DNA of 45,000 nt, filler included, from Sphacelaria rigidula (lineage: Eukaryota), in assembly GCA_964200075.2 (NCBI GenBank). It is 2 parts of 2 records of this genome, joined end to end, with 100 filler letters (N's around TTAATTAATTAA, not from the genome) between each part and the next. Parts side by side here need not be neighbours in the genome. Positions count along the whole stretch, not along the records: positions 1 to 22,451 come from CAXNAA020000333.1; 1 more part is not named here. The stretch is one strand, 5' to 3'. Of the stretch, positions 1-13,121 are shown in pieces. The notes under the pieces are model-generated. The model did no database searches, was not told where the DNA came from, and saw nothing but the letters and a program-made list of their open reading frames with translations. A program made the translations under genes and the position numbers. The first letter of the stretch is position 1, and each line of letters opens with the position of its first letter.

Positions 1-1316
1 CCAAATACCGGCACCGGGTACCTACCTTACCTACGGTGCCTGTGGTAAACACAACACTTAATCTTCATGGCAGCGTAGAGATCATGTACAGCCGGCAGGC
101 CACATGTGGCGGTAAAGGTGGACTCTGCATAACCAGGAAAGAGAAGAGCACAAGACAGTCACCATGGTGCCGTCTGTTCCAGTACACACCACGCTCCCTT
201 ACGTGGGTCCCCAGAGCAGCTGGGTATACAAGCAGCAACGCTTCTCTGTTACTAACTTGTCGGAGTGCATTACACACGGATATACTTTTACGGAACCAAA
301 AAAGTTACTCCGGCTCAGACCTCTCCTCCCTTTTTGCCTCCACAGTCCCGTGTGCGTCTTTTCTGTTCATTTGCTCATGTCGGGGACGGTGGTTTGTTGG
401 GGAGAGTCCATCGATAGGCCGCCTAATCAGAGACGATCTCGTCGACCACGAGTGCGATTCGAGCGCTATTTTTTGCGTCGTGTGCTTCAAATCACATTGC
501 ATGTTGTGATGACTTCGCTTTCCGGGAACGTCCCACGCTCGGCACACCAGGCGGCAAAAAGTATTTTTGTTGCAGATTTCAGCGAACGCTACAAGAGCTG
601 AGAAGAAAGGAGGTCATCTTGCAGTGTGTATTAGGAGTGTGGACGTGTATGTAGCGCCTGAACAGAGAGGACGCCGCTTAAACGCACGATTTGCTCGTTC
701 TAACGATGTAGTGTTTAATCAAGTGTATCCACATGGAAGAAAGGAAACGAGGATGAGTTGTCTATGGTCGATGAAATTCCGTCGAACGGCCTGACAAAAT
801 TCGGAGGCTAACACCGCCTCGATTCGTGCCCCTAACAGTAGACCAAGACATAAAAGAAGGGAATAAAAGCTGGGGGGAAAAAAGCAATGCACAGATAGAA
901 ATGGCCGGTCTAAAAAAAAAAGTAAAGGACAACAAAGAGAAGGAAAGGGCGAAGAGGAAAAAACAAGAAGGAAAAGGCTCAAGGGATTTAGGGCGGCAGA
1001 GTAGATACAGACACACCAGTGGGCACCGCCGAGCCACCGACTAAGGATATAATCAACAACTGATGTAAGCAGACAGGTTTCTTCCATTGGCGGCTCTCGA
1101 CGCAGTAGCATCTCGTTTGTGACGGCGGTCTGATTCTGGTACATGATATGTGGTCCAGACTTGGAGCAACATCAAGCACAGCCTTCTCTTGACTTTTCTA
1201 TCTCTGGAAGCTCTCTCTTCGGGCGAATCATCAATGGTTCCTTATGTGTGATGGCCACACGATGCAAACGTGCCATCTCTTCGTCTCGACCTGCGCAAGT
1301 ATCGCCTGCCGCGTAC

Positions 1317-4300
1317 CTGGATTGTCTCGCTGCCGTTGGCATAGGTGTTGTAACCGCCGCCCTGGTCGAAAGAGTAGTACTCCACCCTGGAAGTTTTTAT
1401 CAAGACGTCGTCGCGGTATTGACGTGTGATCATGTGCTGGCCTGTCGCATGCATGTGCAAGAAGTGTCCGAACACGGTGACGGTTTCGTCCTGCATCCGC
1501 GGGAGCGATGAAAGCAGCAGCGGGAAGCGCGCACGTGTAGCGGAGGGGACTGAAGATCAGTACAGCGTACGTGCTGAGTCCAACCAGTTGGCCGGCGAAA
1601 TATCCGCTGCTGCCGCCTGCGCTACCACACCCCCGTCCGCTGATCAAACAGGTTCGTCAACACCAGTTTGGACAGATTTTGTGGATACGAATCCCGACCA
1701 TCATTTTTTGGGTTACACGAACGTTGATGAGTTACCACTGCGCCGATCCAAAGCTCCAAAGCCCCATAACGACGTGGATGGAGAATATTAGGACGAATAT
1801 CCACTGATACCTTGAGATTACGATGTCTTCCCGCGGAGGGCAAGACTCGAAAACAGAGTGAAATGAGTTGAAAATATCCATATGTTCGGGGAGTAAGACA
1901 TGCGCCCGAGATCAAGCGGTTTGTTCAGCCCGTCAGACCGAGAAGCGACCCGGGCGCGCGCCCAAACATGGAAGCACTTCAACATCCCGTTGCTATTCTG
2001 GTGTGTTCCTTTCCCGAGCGGCGATATCTCTGCATCGATATGAATGGTGTCACGCCCAACACACATGGTTGGAATTGACCAGCACGCTTACACGTGCAAC
2101 AGGGGACGTACAGAAGAAGCACACCATCGCAAACCTCAAAATACTCCTCGGAGCATGACGACGGACAGGAAAATGAGTACAGAGATTTGCCGTCCGGCAA
2201 ATCGCCGTCTTCGATTGACGCGTCTCCAATAGATACAAACGGATCTCCTAGCTGTAGAAGGCCGGCATCTATCGAGAGCAGCTCTTCCGAATAATACACT
2301 CTAACTCCCGAGTTGTCAACGACTCCTTCATCTGAATCGACGTTGTTGTAGTGCATCTGGATACCTGAAGTGTTTTGCGAAACGCGGGTACAGAAAAAGA
2401 GCGGCAGCGTCGGATCTCGGGATACGAATTTGCAGCTGTGCGCGGTACAAGATCGTGTTGGAGTCTTCTATGCTCTCATCAACTCATGCGCTCGAATGTA
2501 CCATTTAGACGGAAAGACGCATGTTGCGCACTACCCCATACCCACACAGCCATACGCCCCCCTGTCCAATGTTCGCCCGTCCCTAAAAGTTGCATCAGTC
2601 ACCTATGGACCGATAGCCGCTCGGTCCGAATCGGAATCCGACATCATCAGGCATGGCCAGGGCCGCTACGCCGGGCGCCCAAGCGTAGATGTCCGCATAG
2701 ATATAGTCATCGCAAGCGCCTTCGTCGATGCTCGTGTTGCCTGATCCAAAGAACTCCACAGAACAGTCCCGGTGGCAATCGTCTGAGTCAGTGAAGCCCT
2801 TGACCACCAAATGGTGCACATACTCCTCTGTTTCGTCGTAAAGTAGCGGCTCTATACCTACGACGTGAAACTGACGGGAACGTGTCGGACGTTGAGACAC
2901 GTAATGTGGGAGGCAGAATGACAGATGGCGGTTCGAACAGGGGCTTGTTGAGTGAAATAAAAGCTGGCCCACCAGCGGGGGCGGGGTTGGACATCCGAAT
3001 GCATCCCGAACACAAAACACAATACTACGGCAACAAGCACATCACATCCTGTCGACTATGCTGGGATCGGCGATCAGAACCGGCACGCGGGGAGCAATCT
3101 ACACACGGCAGCCCAAATATATTTTTAGCTCGAAACTACGGTTGACAAAAAAAGATACGATAACTACGCGGTAATAATCACACCTCTCCTTCGACTGGCA
3201 ACTCCGATGCCGACATGCAGAAGAACTCGTAGGTCGTCTTTTCTGCCGGCATAGTATAGTTTTGCTGCAAATAACGATCAACGCAGAATACAAGCGGAGG
3301 GACTCGTCAGAATCTAACTGTTGAGCTTAGAAAAAACAAAAGCCATGCGTCCTCGGCGTCGCGGAAGACGAAGGGACGCAGCAAAAAGCTGTAGAGTGCG
3401 GGCGGTTGGGCACCGGTACGTGAGTGTATACCGGTCGCGAGGCGAAATCAATAGAGCAAGCTAGACACTCATTTTTTAATTCAAGGCTCACTCGACGATC
3501 ATGACGATCCACCATACGCCAAGCACGGTCTACGAGGTCGAAGTGGCAGCAAGCGTCAGGAATCGTCCCCCATGCTCAACGTAAACGTTTCACTGCTTTA
3601 CCTCAAGCAGGTACGGTCACTCTACTGTGTAGGACATCTCACCGCCGCGACGTCAAAGTAGCTGATGTCTTCCGCGGCCTTGACATCTACAAGCTGGTCC
3701 GTGCTGGCTTCGTTGTCCTCTGCAAAAAGAATCACCTGCGCTTGTCCAACGTCACTGCCATGGTAGCTGACACTGTCCTGACTTCCCCAGGCAGCAATAA
3801 GTCTCGTAGGGTTGGTCCCTGAAGATGGCACACAGGTGATAATGTTCACGAAGTACTTCTACGCAAAGCCCTTGAAAATGGCCAACGGCGTGTAAGCTGT
3901 GGGATGATGCGCGTATGGAACTTGAGACTAAAAAGTGACAGACTCCGGAGTCTTGGTTTGAACGGACTATGTTCCGGGTGGACGACTGCGATTGTTTCTC
4001 AGGGGATGATCCAGGAGCTGGGCATGTTCTCGCTGCCGATGTCATGGCATCGAAGGACCACGTCACGAATGACAGAACGCTCACATCGAACCAGTGATAC
4101 ACGCAGTGGAGTGTCGGCGCCCATGCTTGACACTAAGCGATATCTCAACGACACAGACGAGTTGGGCCATGATCCGCATGTCGTCTTAATCGTCCAATCA
4201 ATGGGAAGGTGCCCATCTGCTCAAAAGTCTGGGCCAATATGTCCTCGTCGATTAAATCCCATGCCAAGTAATTCCTATAGCTAACGGAGATAGCGTCCAC

Positions 4301-7300
4301 TAAAATCAATATGAAACCCCGATCGATGCATTCAGCGATTGGCGACGACTTTTGCTGCGGACATTCCCTGGAGCACGGAGAGACGATAGATACCCTCACC
4401 TTCACCAAATTCGACATCTATCTCGAGATATGGCGCACATAAGGTTCAATACTGAATTCAAGATATTATGAGCAGAGGGACTAGATGAACTCAATCTGGA
4501 TATCGCGTATCAGTTTTTGAGAGTTATGCGATGAAATTTCGTATAGAGAAGCGCTACGAGCTAGGCCAGCCTAGAGGCGGATTTGAAGTTTGCAGGCCCA
4601 TGCTCTTTTATACATTTAGAGTTGGATCCTGAATTTGGTATGGACAATGCATAGGGCAAAAAGAACACTTCGGTACCAAAAGGCTGTTTTTTTTCTTCAT
4701 GAGTTGAAGGCATTTTACTGATACCTGAAAACTGATTATTGCCCTTGACTCATGAAAAATAACAAAAAATCTTTTGGTACCGAGGTAAATATTTTTTCAT
4801 GCCCTATTCGTTGTCCATACCAAATTTCAGGGTCCCACTCTGAATGAATAAAAGAGCATGGGCCTATCAAAAACCGGGTCGGTAGAAATTCGGAACATTT
4901 TTTCGCAGGCCACTCACCGGCCCACGTTTGGTTTTCGTGTATTGAAATTTTGTGTGGGCGCTCTCTAAGGCATAGTTAACCACAAAAAAGTGTGTCAGGT
5001 TGATTTTTTCAATTATTTTCACTGGTTCAGGGCGTTCTACTATGGTCAAGACCACTTCTTCACGAGAACGCCCTAACCTCTATGAAAAAAATAAAAAAAT
5101 GAAGGCCCATTTTTTTTCATTCGACACTCTTTTGTGGTTCTCCATACCAAAATTCGTCGCCATCCGCTGAATGCATCGATCGGGAGTTTCATAAAGATTT
5201 TAGTGTTGGCGCCATCTCCCCTGGGTATAGGAATTACTAGATATGGGGTTTAATCAACGAGAAAATATGGGCCCAAACTTCTGAGCAGATGGACACCTTC
5301 CCCTTGATTAGACGATTAATACGATATGCGGATCACGGCCCAACTCGTCTGTGTCGATGAGATATTGCTTTTAGAGCTTAAATCCGTTTTTAGGCTGGCC
5401 CAGCTCGTAGTGCATAATAAAGCTAAACAAACAGCTTCTTCATTTCTTTCCTTTTTTTTGGGAGGCTTTTCGTGCAGTTTTAAGGAGAAATGATTACTGC
5501 TATTCGGCTCTTAATTTTTTACCATTTTTAGAATTGTGATTCAAAAACTTAGCATGGGGAACCACAGAGGTATGCTGAAATGAAAAAAAATGGTCCTTCA
5601 TTTTTCGAGGGGGGGGAGGGTTCGGGCGTTCTCGTAAAAAAAATGGTCTTCACCGTACTAGAACGCCCTGAACGAGTGAAAAAAATCATGTAAATACCAA
5701 CGTGACCCATTTTGTTTCGGTTCATTGTGCCCTGGTGAGGTACAACACAAAATTCCGATACACAAACGCCAAACGTTGACCAGTAAGTGGCCTGTAATAT
5801 ACTGTTACGAATTTCTACCGACCCCGATACAAAACGGCCCATATGCCGGCCAATATTTAGAGCTGGGCCCTGGAATTTGATATGGACGATGAATAGGACA
5901 CAAAAACAAAAACTACGCATGTGTCGAAAGATTGTTTTTCTCATGAGTCAAGGGCAGTGATCGCTTCTCAGGTATTAGTAAAATGCCCTCAACTCATGAC
6001 TATATACATACATATTTGATTACAAGCGTATATGTTCATCATTATTCCCCATTCATTGTTCATACCAAATTTCAGGGTCCAACTCTAAATATTGGCCGAC
6101 GAATGGGCCTGCAAATTACGAATCCACCTTTAGGCTGGCCCAACTCGTACATAGCGATACTTCACGTGACTGTTAGATGATGGTTGATTGCTGAGCTAAT
6201 CAGCCAGCGCTTGCTGACATCATCAACCAGTCGACCGCAACTGTCAGCGACGTCGAAGTTCTCAAGCCTTTCAGACCACACCCCCGGTGCTCACAAATCG
6301 AAGAATACTTTTTTTTTTTTGGGGGGGGGGTATCCCAACCCACAACCTGGCTTTTGTCAGGTATTAATTGACTGCTGAGCTAATCAGCTAGCGTTGGCTG
6401 AGTAGCTCAGCAGTCAACCAGTATCCAACAGTGACTAAGGTTCGGCGGTACAACTGTCATTATCAGGTAGTGTTTCTTCCACAAGATACCTTCCACTGTG
6501 TCGTCCACCAGTGAGCGATCTTGAGTGTCGCTGGTTTCCAACGATCTCTCAGCCTCGAAGACCAGGCCCGTATCGCCCACCTCAGCCGACAGAAGGGTCC
6601 AGTCTTGGGAGCACTCGTCTACGATCGGAGTGCCGCTTTCGTGTGCATGCGCGTCCGTGAGGATACCCGACTACGTGAACGAATCCAGAGACGTGCGCAT
6701 GTAGGGAAGGAGGTGGGCGGCTGTGGGTGGCCGGGCGATGACTTCGTATTTTTCACCTCCTGGCTCGTCGTGTTGAATGCCCGAATAGCACTGTGTACGC
6801 CCTTGTGGAAAAAAAAATGTAGACTTCAACTCAGTAAAATATGGGCAAGTGCCTTCCTGTAACAGAACAAGAATCACACATATGCCTGAACTACGTGGCA
6901 ACACAAAATACACCCGTGTAACAAACGCCATTCATCATCGTACTCGCCAACATGGGTCTCGGGATTTGTATGTTTTGGTCACAGCAATGCGGATCCACAA
7001 ATCCCATGGTACTACCTACGAGTCGCTCTCACCAAGGCCTCGTAGTAGATGATGTCGGCTCCCTCCATGCCACCCATCTCTGAAAAACCAAACCCTGCCC
7101 ACCCCGTGGCCGCCTTCGCGTGAACAGCAACACGGATGGTCGCCAGGTCCGTATCGATCGTCCAGTAGAAATCAAAATTGTCGTCTAGGGTCAAATTTCG
7201 GCTGTACGACGCATTAACCTGCTGCCCCGTTGCGGACAAGCAGACAGTCGCTAGGGCGACGAAGGTCGCCAAGGCGGCTGAGACCCCACCACGATGCACG

Positions 7301-7308
7301 ACCGCCAT
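1317..7308 (-). CDS. Secreted DOMON-domain copper type II ascorbate-dependent monooxygenase (dopamine beta-monooxygenase/MOXD1-like), 3'-partial. Exons: 7033-7308, 6490-6670, 3643-3818, 3184-3264, 2603-2870, 2135-2364, 1317-1490
   Basis: All six introns are GT-AG with consistent phases (0,1,0,0,1,0). The spliced product has a signal-like N-terminus (MAVVHRGGVSAALATFVALATVCLSATG) and a DOMON domain (GWAGFGFSEMGGMEGADI...QDWTLLSAE...LVFEAERSLETSD...RLIAAWG...SYHG). The monooxygenase domains carry the CuH ligands (YVHHLVV, IQMHYNN), YAWAPG and the CuM HMH motif (GHFLHMH). A GT donor follows 1317. No exon with the expected EMC (CuM Met) motif was found in 1-1316, so the gene probably continues beyond the window. 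Confidence 0.9.
4141..6149. mobile_element. Nested cluster of non-autonomous TIR (Tc1/mariner-like MITE/foldback) elements in intron 2 of the monooxygenase gene
   Basis: About 200-bp inverted repeat: 4141-~4360 vs ~5150-5364 (tatctcaacgacacagacgagttgggccatgatccgcat / atgcggatcacggcccaactcgtctgtgtcgatgagata). TA-CGAGCT(A/G)GGCC-type termini at 4555, ~5409 and 6149. Internal inverted repeat ~4595-4690/~4770-4865. Same family as 13122-15347. No ORF. Confidence 0.75.
6168..6433. mobile_element. Short MITE (~265 bp) with ~50-bp imperfect terminal inverted repeats
   Basis: The left end actgttagatgatggttgattgctgagctaatcagccagcgcttgctga matches the reverse complement of the right end tcagctagcgttggctgagtagctcagcagtcaaccagtatccaacagt. 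Non-coding interior with a T/G homopolymer run. Confidence 0.65.
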
Positions 7309-7599
7309 TCTCCCGGAACTGGGTGTTGAGCAGCGTTTCGCCGAGATGTGACTACTGGCCTGCGGGGGTAGCGACTGTTGTTCAGCTGTCCACACGAAGG
7401 TAAAGTAAGGACAGGGACGAAAGATGACAGCACACTGTCTTGATTAGTTTTGACGCACCCCTTGCTTCTCGCTGTATCATGAGATGGAACGGAACAAGAA
7501 ACCGATTGCACAACACTTCGGGTCTATCGATCAACTGGGGATGTTTCTTGAGGGGCTTAGTGTGAAGTCGATGTTGAGCAGGACACGCGTGCAGTGACA

Positions 7600-7960
7600 C
7601 ACGGTGAGGATGTCCTCACGATCTTGCATGACGTAGTCATATGACCATAGACCTCGCACTCCTACAAAAGCGGGACGAAGCACGCCGGGTTTTCGCCGGA
7701 CCAGGCTCGCAATCAATCACCAGGCGCGAAGCGCCGGGATGTGTTCGACGAGTTGCATGAAGGGTGAGCTGCACGCTGCTAAGGTTGTCCGGCGCAAAGG
7801 GTACTGGTTATCTTGCATTTGGATGACAGCCTCCAATGAGTTGCTCAAGTTTCGGGTATCGCCACTTCCAGACAGAGCCAATACTTACACACTGCCTCAT
7901 AGGTGTCTCACCATTCAAACAGTACGTACTATGATCATGCCCTTGGCGCGAAACTGGGGT
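7600..7960 (+). repeat. Dispersed repeat family A. Other copies: core at ~8125-8180 (+), ~17420-17790 (-), ~18045-18145 (+), ~19365-19425 (+)
   Basis: Shared core GACCTCGCA(C/T)TCCTACAAAGCCG(G/A)GACGGAGCACGCC(G/A)GGTTTTCGCCGGACCAGG seen about five times. The 7600-7960 and 17420-17790 copies align over ~300 bp in opposite orientation. Boundaries approximate. Confidence 0.7.
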
Positions 7961-10900
7961 TCTCCCACCCCCACAGTATAATCTAGCTCAACCAACAACT
8001 TGGTTACCGCACGCAAAACGCAAGCTCGCAAATAAAAACGGTGACCTGGTTGCCTCGTTCACGCAGTGAGAGTGAGTGGCGTGTTTTGCAGCGTCATCCA
8101 CAACCGATGTCAACCCCATAGGGCGTCCATTCCTACAAAGCCGAGACGGAGCACACCAGGTTTTCGCCGGACCAGGCTTCGAGATCGGACTAATGTGCGA
8201 AAATAATTAAAATAAAAAACACAGGCTAGCACGCGTAGGGGGGTGGATCACCCTGTCGCTATGATTAGGTGGTTGAGTTAGGCATTCTTACCCTCTGTTC
8301 TTTCCGCGAAGTACCATAGACCAACCAGTGCCGTTTATCTCTCCTCGTTTTTACGGTGGGTGCGTGTTGATTGATGTGCTCCACCAGCTCGAGCGCATTG
8401 GAAACATAATGATCATCAAACGTACTTGAACGGAAATATGGCATGCGTGCCAACGCAACGATAGATGATTTTTTTTATCTTAAATTTGTAAAAAGGACAC
8501 CCCCGGAAATCAGCTGCTGCTGCTTGTTTCATGCAGGTTGAGGCATGCACAGCCCCGATACTGTACATCGCCAACTCCACAGCATTCAGATATGATTTTG
8601 TTGTTGTAGGGGGTGGTCATGACGATTATTGCTTGCACTGCTGCACAATACCGTTTGTTTGATGAAGGGGCGGAATATAGAGTATACGGTATGCGCCGCA
8701 AATCGTCCAGAATGAAGTTGTTTCTTCGCCATTTTGTTCCCGCAGAAGGTGCAAGAGCGGATTAGCGGATTAGAAGTTTTCGAAGGTAATCGAATCGTCA
8801 ACAACGGGCCCAAGACCCGCATATGACCCACCCTGATCGTCATAGGGTCAGGAATTGTTTTTTGCAGTTGTAATCGTTGGTCACGCCACGTCTTGACCCA
8901 AAAATTGCAATCGTGACTTTTTCGCCGAGTTAGCTCGTTTGTTGTGTTGTTTTGAGCAGAGAGCGATCGGCAGAGCAGCTTCGTATACCATTCCAGGCGC
9001 CCTGCTCAAACTTGGATTTTCCCACGGAGGACATGCACGACAGTAGATTTCATCACATATATATAGAGCACTGCGGCTCCTCACTTCTTGGATTTCAGGC
9101 TTGCTTTCTTCGACTCACGCCAGGCGGCGACCGACGGAAACACTAAACCGAAGTAGCTGCACGCAGTAGCTGTCACTGTTTTGCCGTATGAAACATCCTT
9201 GACACGGTGAGATTGTTGTCGCCGATCGCAACAGTTACCGAAAGGTTTAAATGACGAGAACGCGGCGAGTAGAAAAGATTCAAGCTCGCTTGTGCAAATA
9301 TTTTGAACAGTCCCGCGTATGGTACTACCGCAACTCGCACCTCTTTTCGAAGGGTCGTATGCAGCTCAGCAGAGCTTACCCAGTTCGGCTCCATTTGGGG
9401 GATGATTGCTTTCATACTTGCTTTTAGTCTTCCAGTGTCGATACTTACATATTCGGATGTTGACAGGTATCACAGTCTCAGGCGCCGCCTAACGTGCATG
9501 CAGCGTGCGCAGTACGAGTTTTCGCCTCCGCCGGCGCAATTTAGACCATGTTGTGCCTACTTGGCCGCGGTAGCGGGGCGTTCATTTGAGCCAAAACAAA
9601 GCACACATTACCTCGGGAACAAAGAGTATGCACCCAGTTGCTTGGGGGTTCTCGGTCTTGAGCTGGGGTTTGGGGTTAGGGTTAGGGTTCGCGTCGTTGG
9701 TCTGACGAAAAAAATGTTTGTTTCAACCACTGCTCAATGAAGTCGAAGTGGAGTAATTGCTGATAGCCGCGATGGTGCACGCTAGCAAGAGACACGAGGT
9801 TAGGACCACCGACTCCGTTCCACGTCGATCGCACCATCAAACATGAGCATCAGTAACCCTGATTCCGAAGATGATGCTTTCGGCTTGCCATCGACCTCCT
9901 TGACAATGAGAAGCTTGCCGAAGCGCTCAGTAGGCGGCAGAATTTGTAGCGTATGTACGGTAGTGTGCAGTGCCGTGTAAACGGACAGTCCCCTCATATG
10001 GAAAACCGTTGCGCAGTGGTTAGACCCTTGGCAATGAACGCGTGAAATCCTTCACACATGTCTCACGTGGGGTAGATTTATTGGGGTGCGAGGGTCGGCT
10101 GCCGCAACGCAATTCTCAGTTGCTTGGGTAAGATTGATACTCGTGGCTTTACCGTTCAATCTCGGATTTGCCTCCCGTCCTAGATATCACCTTGCGGACG
10201 GCGTGCTTCGGTCAACAGAGGTGGGGACAGCATACTCCCACCGCAGTGTTGTTCCCGCGTCAGATACTGACGAATATGCATTTGTACTTTCAACGTTATT
10301 TGTATAGTACCTCGACGTGAAGCGTATGTGGTACCCGGCTCGGTATTTACCATCGTCACGTCGAAATACAGATCTCCGTGTGACACCAGCGTTCGAACTG
10401 CCCGCCCCCATTCCACCGCCCACAAACGTGCAGTACCAGCTGACACTCACAGTGTATCCATTTGCATGCGGATTACCACTCTAGTGCTGGAAATGGCGCT
10501 GGGAGTGCTCCAGAACAGATGCGTTTTGCCTCACTTCCCCACGAACGACTGAACCGCCGAAGAGGGCGGAGGATTAGTGGACGTGGTGAACACAAAAGGG
10601 CCGTGGGGACAGCGGGATAATGGCTGAACAACCGGATGCCAGCGTCACAGCCAGGACGTCATTTGGAAATGCAATACGGTCATAGACGGCAGCGCGGGTG
10701 ATAGCCGGGGTGATGATTGCACCAAATGGTGGCGGCGAGGGTGTGTGGAGGAGCGGGGGATACAGGGCAATGACACGGACGTGCATAGTCCCCACGGCCG
10801 TGGATAGTCAGGGGATGAACGAGATCTCCGGTCTGTTCGTGCTGTTGGTTGGTGACACTTTTTGACTCATTTTGGGGGGACAGGTGCGCCCATAACTGTA

Positions 10901-12339
10901 CTGCGGTGTGTGTAGACCTTGCGAAGACGGTCTGATCTCCGCTGGGATTGCCTGAGCTGCTGTATTGTCGCTGTGTTCTTCTTTGTAGAAAATAACGTCA
11001 GTCGGGAGGAAGTGCTGATTACACACTGACGAGGACAATGAAAAACTTCATGTTTGTCTTCCGTAAAACCAACAAGGCGCTGCCCAGACCCATCATTTGC
11101 GCGATACCGAACATAACCACAGTAGGTAAAAATTACACAACCAGCACCGTTATACACCGCTCGACCGGCTGGGCCAGACGCCGTAATCGGATGAAAAGAG
11201 CAACCCACAGCACAGCGCGGTTATACTGCACCGCCAGGATTCTGATTACAGCTGGCAATATGGCCGCTGCTGATGCTGGCATGCGCCAGGGCTCGCGGCC
11301 ACGGAAAGACGCAACCAGCCATACTACGATGGAGACATACCGATACACGAGCGTCGCATTGACCCCCTGCGATATCGCTGTATTGTTGTAGTCCTATATC
11401 ATGTATATCGACGCCCACAAGCTGTCCTTGTTGAATTTGACGTCAACGCGCCGAGATCTGGAATGCTATATGTCGACCCCTGAACCAGGGTCGCAGCGAC
11501 ATCAACAGGAAACAACCATACCTTATTTCCCTCCACTTCTTGTGGGCGTTTTACTTTTGCTTGTGTCTTGCTGGCCGGTGAGGCCGCGTCTTATCAATTT
11601 GCTTTCGACTCTAACGAGTTCGTGCGGCGGAACTGATTCAGTACGCTTTGCTATGTTTGGGTCCAAGCGAATTTGAACGCTTTGAGTCGAACAGGCTAGG
11701 CGAAATTCGTGAAGCGGTACTTCTTTACTCATATTGAGTCGATTGAGTAAACTTCAATTTGTTTCGGTGTTTGTGACGTCGATCTTGGATTGCCGCGGTG
11801 AAACCAGTAGTGGCCTCGGCTGGACCCTTGTTGGAAAGGCTCTATGATGAAGAACATGTCCGTAGAGGCAAGGAGCGGTGAACAAGCGAGGCGGCGAATC
11901 GGGTGATCTGTTTTCCCCGTACAACACCATTATTGGCCGATATGGCTTTGCAGTTTGTTGGCAATGAACCGGCCGAACACACAAACTGTGCAGGCAGTAC
12001 AGACCAGCACTGTACTGTCTGTACTGTTTTTACTGCCGGTGTGTTGAATACAAACAAGGAAGTATCGCTTGACGTAGATTGTCTTCGGGAACTGCCACAA
12101 CCTCAATGTTGGATATCCCTTTTGGCCACACCATGTTCACAATATTTTCCTTTGCAACCTCTCCGTGTGTTGTGTCGCAGTTCAGTATGGTGGCGATCAC
12201 TGTCGTTGTAGACATCGGCAGCCGGAACCCGCCTTGTTATCGTTGTACATGGGCACCAAGTAAAAGTTGCAAACTGCTGTTTCTCTGGTGGACAGGAGAC
12301 AGCGTCAAGCGTCAAGCAGCTGCACGCTGGGAGTCGAAA

Positions 12340-12560
12340 TTCTCACTCAAGACTTCAATTTGGTGCATGATACTTCGTAGTCAGCAGCTACTGCTGTGTG
12401 TCCAGGTGCCACTTGGAGCAAGATGCGTTCGGTTTCTGTTTGACAAAGTTTCCCACAGAAAACCGAAATCGATAAGGGTTTTAGAATAGAAAAATACAGC
12501 AAAAACGAGTCGCAAAAAAACGGTTAGTCGACTTTTTTACCTAGAGCGGAAACTATTTCA
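12340..12560 (+). repeat. Dispersed repeat family B (same unit as the tandem copies at 24255-24770)
   Basis: ctgctgtgtgtccaggtgc..cttgg.gca.gatgcgtt.gg...aaatcgata.ggg ttt...gagtcgcaaaaaa...ttagtcga shared with ~24282 and ~24548. Confidence 0.7.
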
Positions 12561-13121
12561 CCCCATAGAATTGGAATTGGAATAGACAGTACAGACAGTG
12601 AGTACAGACTGTACGAGTGGCTGCCTGTACCGTCTAGATGGTGTGTCTGTTTCGCACAGCATGCAGGCGCAATATGGAAAATAAGCGGGCAACGCGACAT
12701 ACAGATGGCACGGCTTTCTGGCTCTCTGCATAGAGGAGGATGCGAAGCAGATTTGAGCCACGTGCAGTTTTGCACCGCCTCTCCTGTCCATGAACGCGTT
12801 GGCAATTCGATCACCCACCCCAACACGCAACTCCGCCGGTAGACCCTGCCACAAAACTAGATGCCCAAGTTTCCCTAACAAAAAAAAAAACATTCACCAC
12901 AAAAGTGGTGGTATCGGTTCCTTATCACTGCAGTATATGTTACCCTTTGCTCAGTTCGTGATCTATGCCCCTGGTTTGAGTACGTAGCTGCGAATGGACC
13001 ATTTCGGTTTTGCCTAGTTCTGGGAAAGGGTGATATCTGGCACGGTTGTCTGCAATGTGGGAGTTACGTGCTCCTTCGTTCATTCCGCCGCTCGTTTAGC
13101 TCGAAAAAGCTACGAGTCGTA

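Noticed and set aside
36..1316. Terminal monooxygenase exon or independent ORFs
   Set aside because: No exon with the expected CYY/EMC motifs was found. The ORFs are low-complexity or lack motifs and are consistent with intron sequence.
9665..9690. Telomeric TTAGGG repeats
   Set aside because: Only two perfect units plus degenerate ones, too short to indicate a telomere or fusion site.
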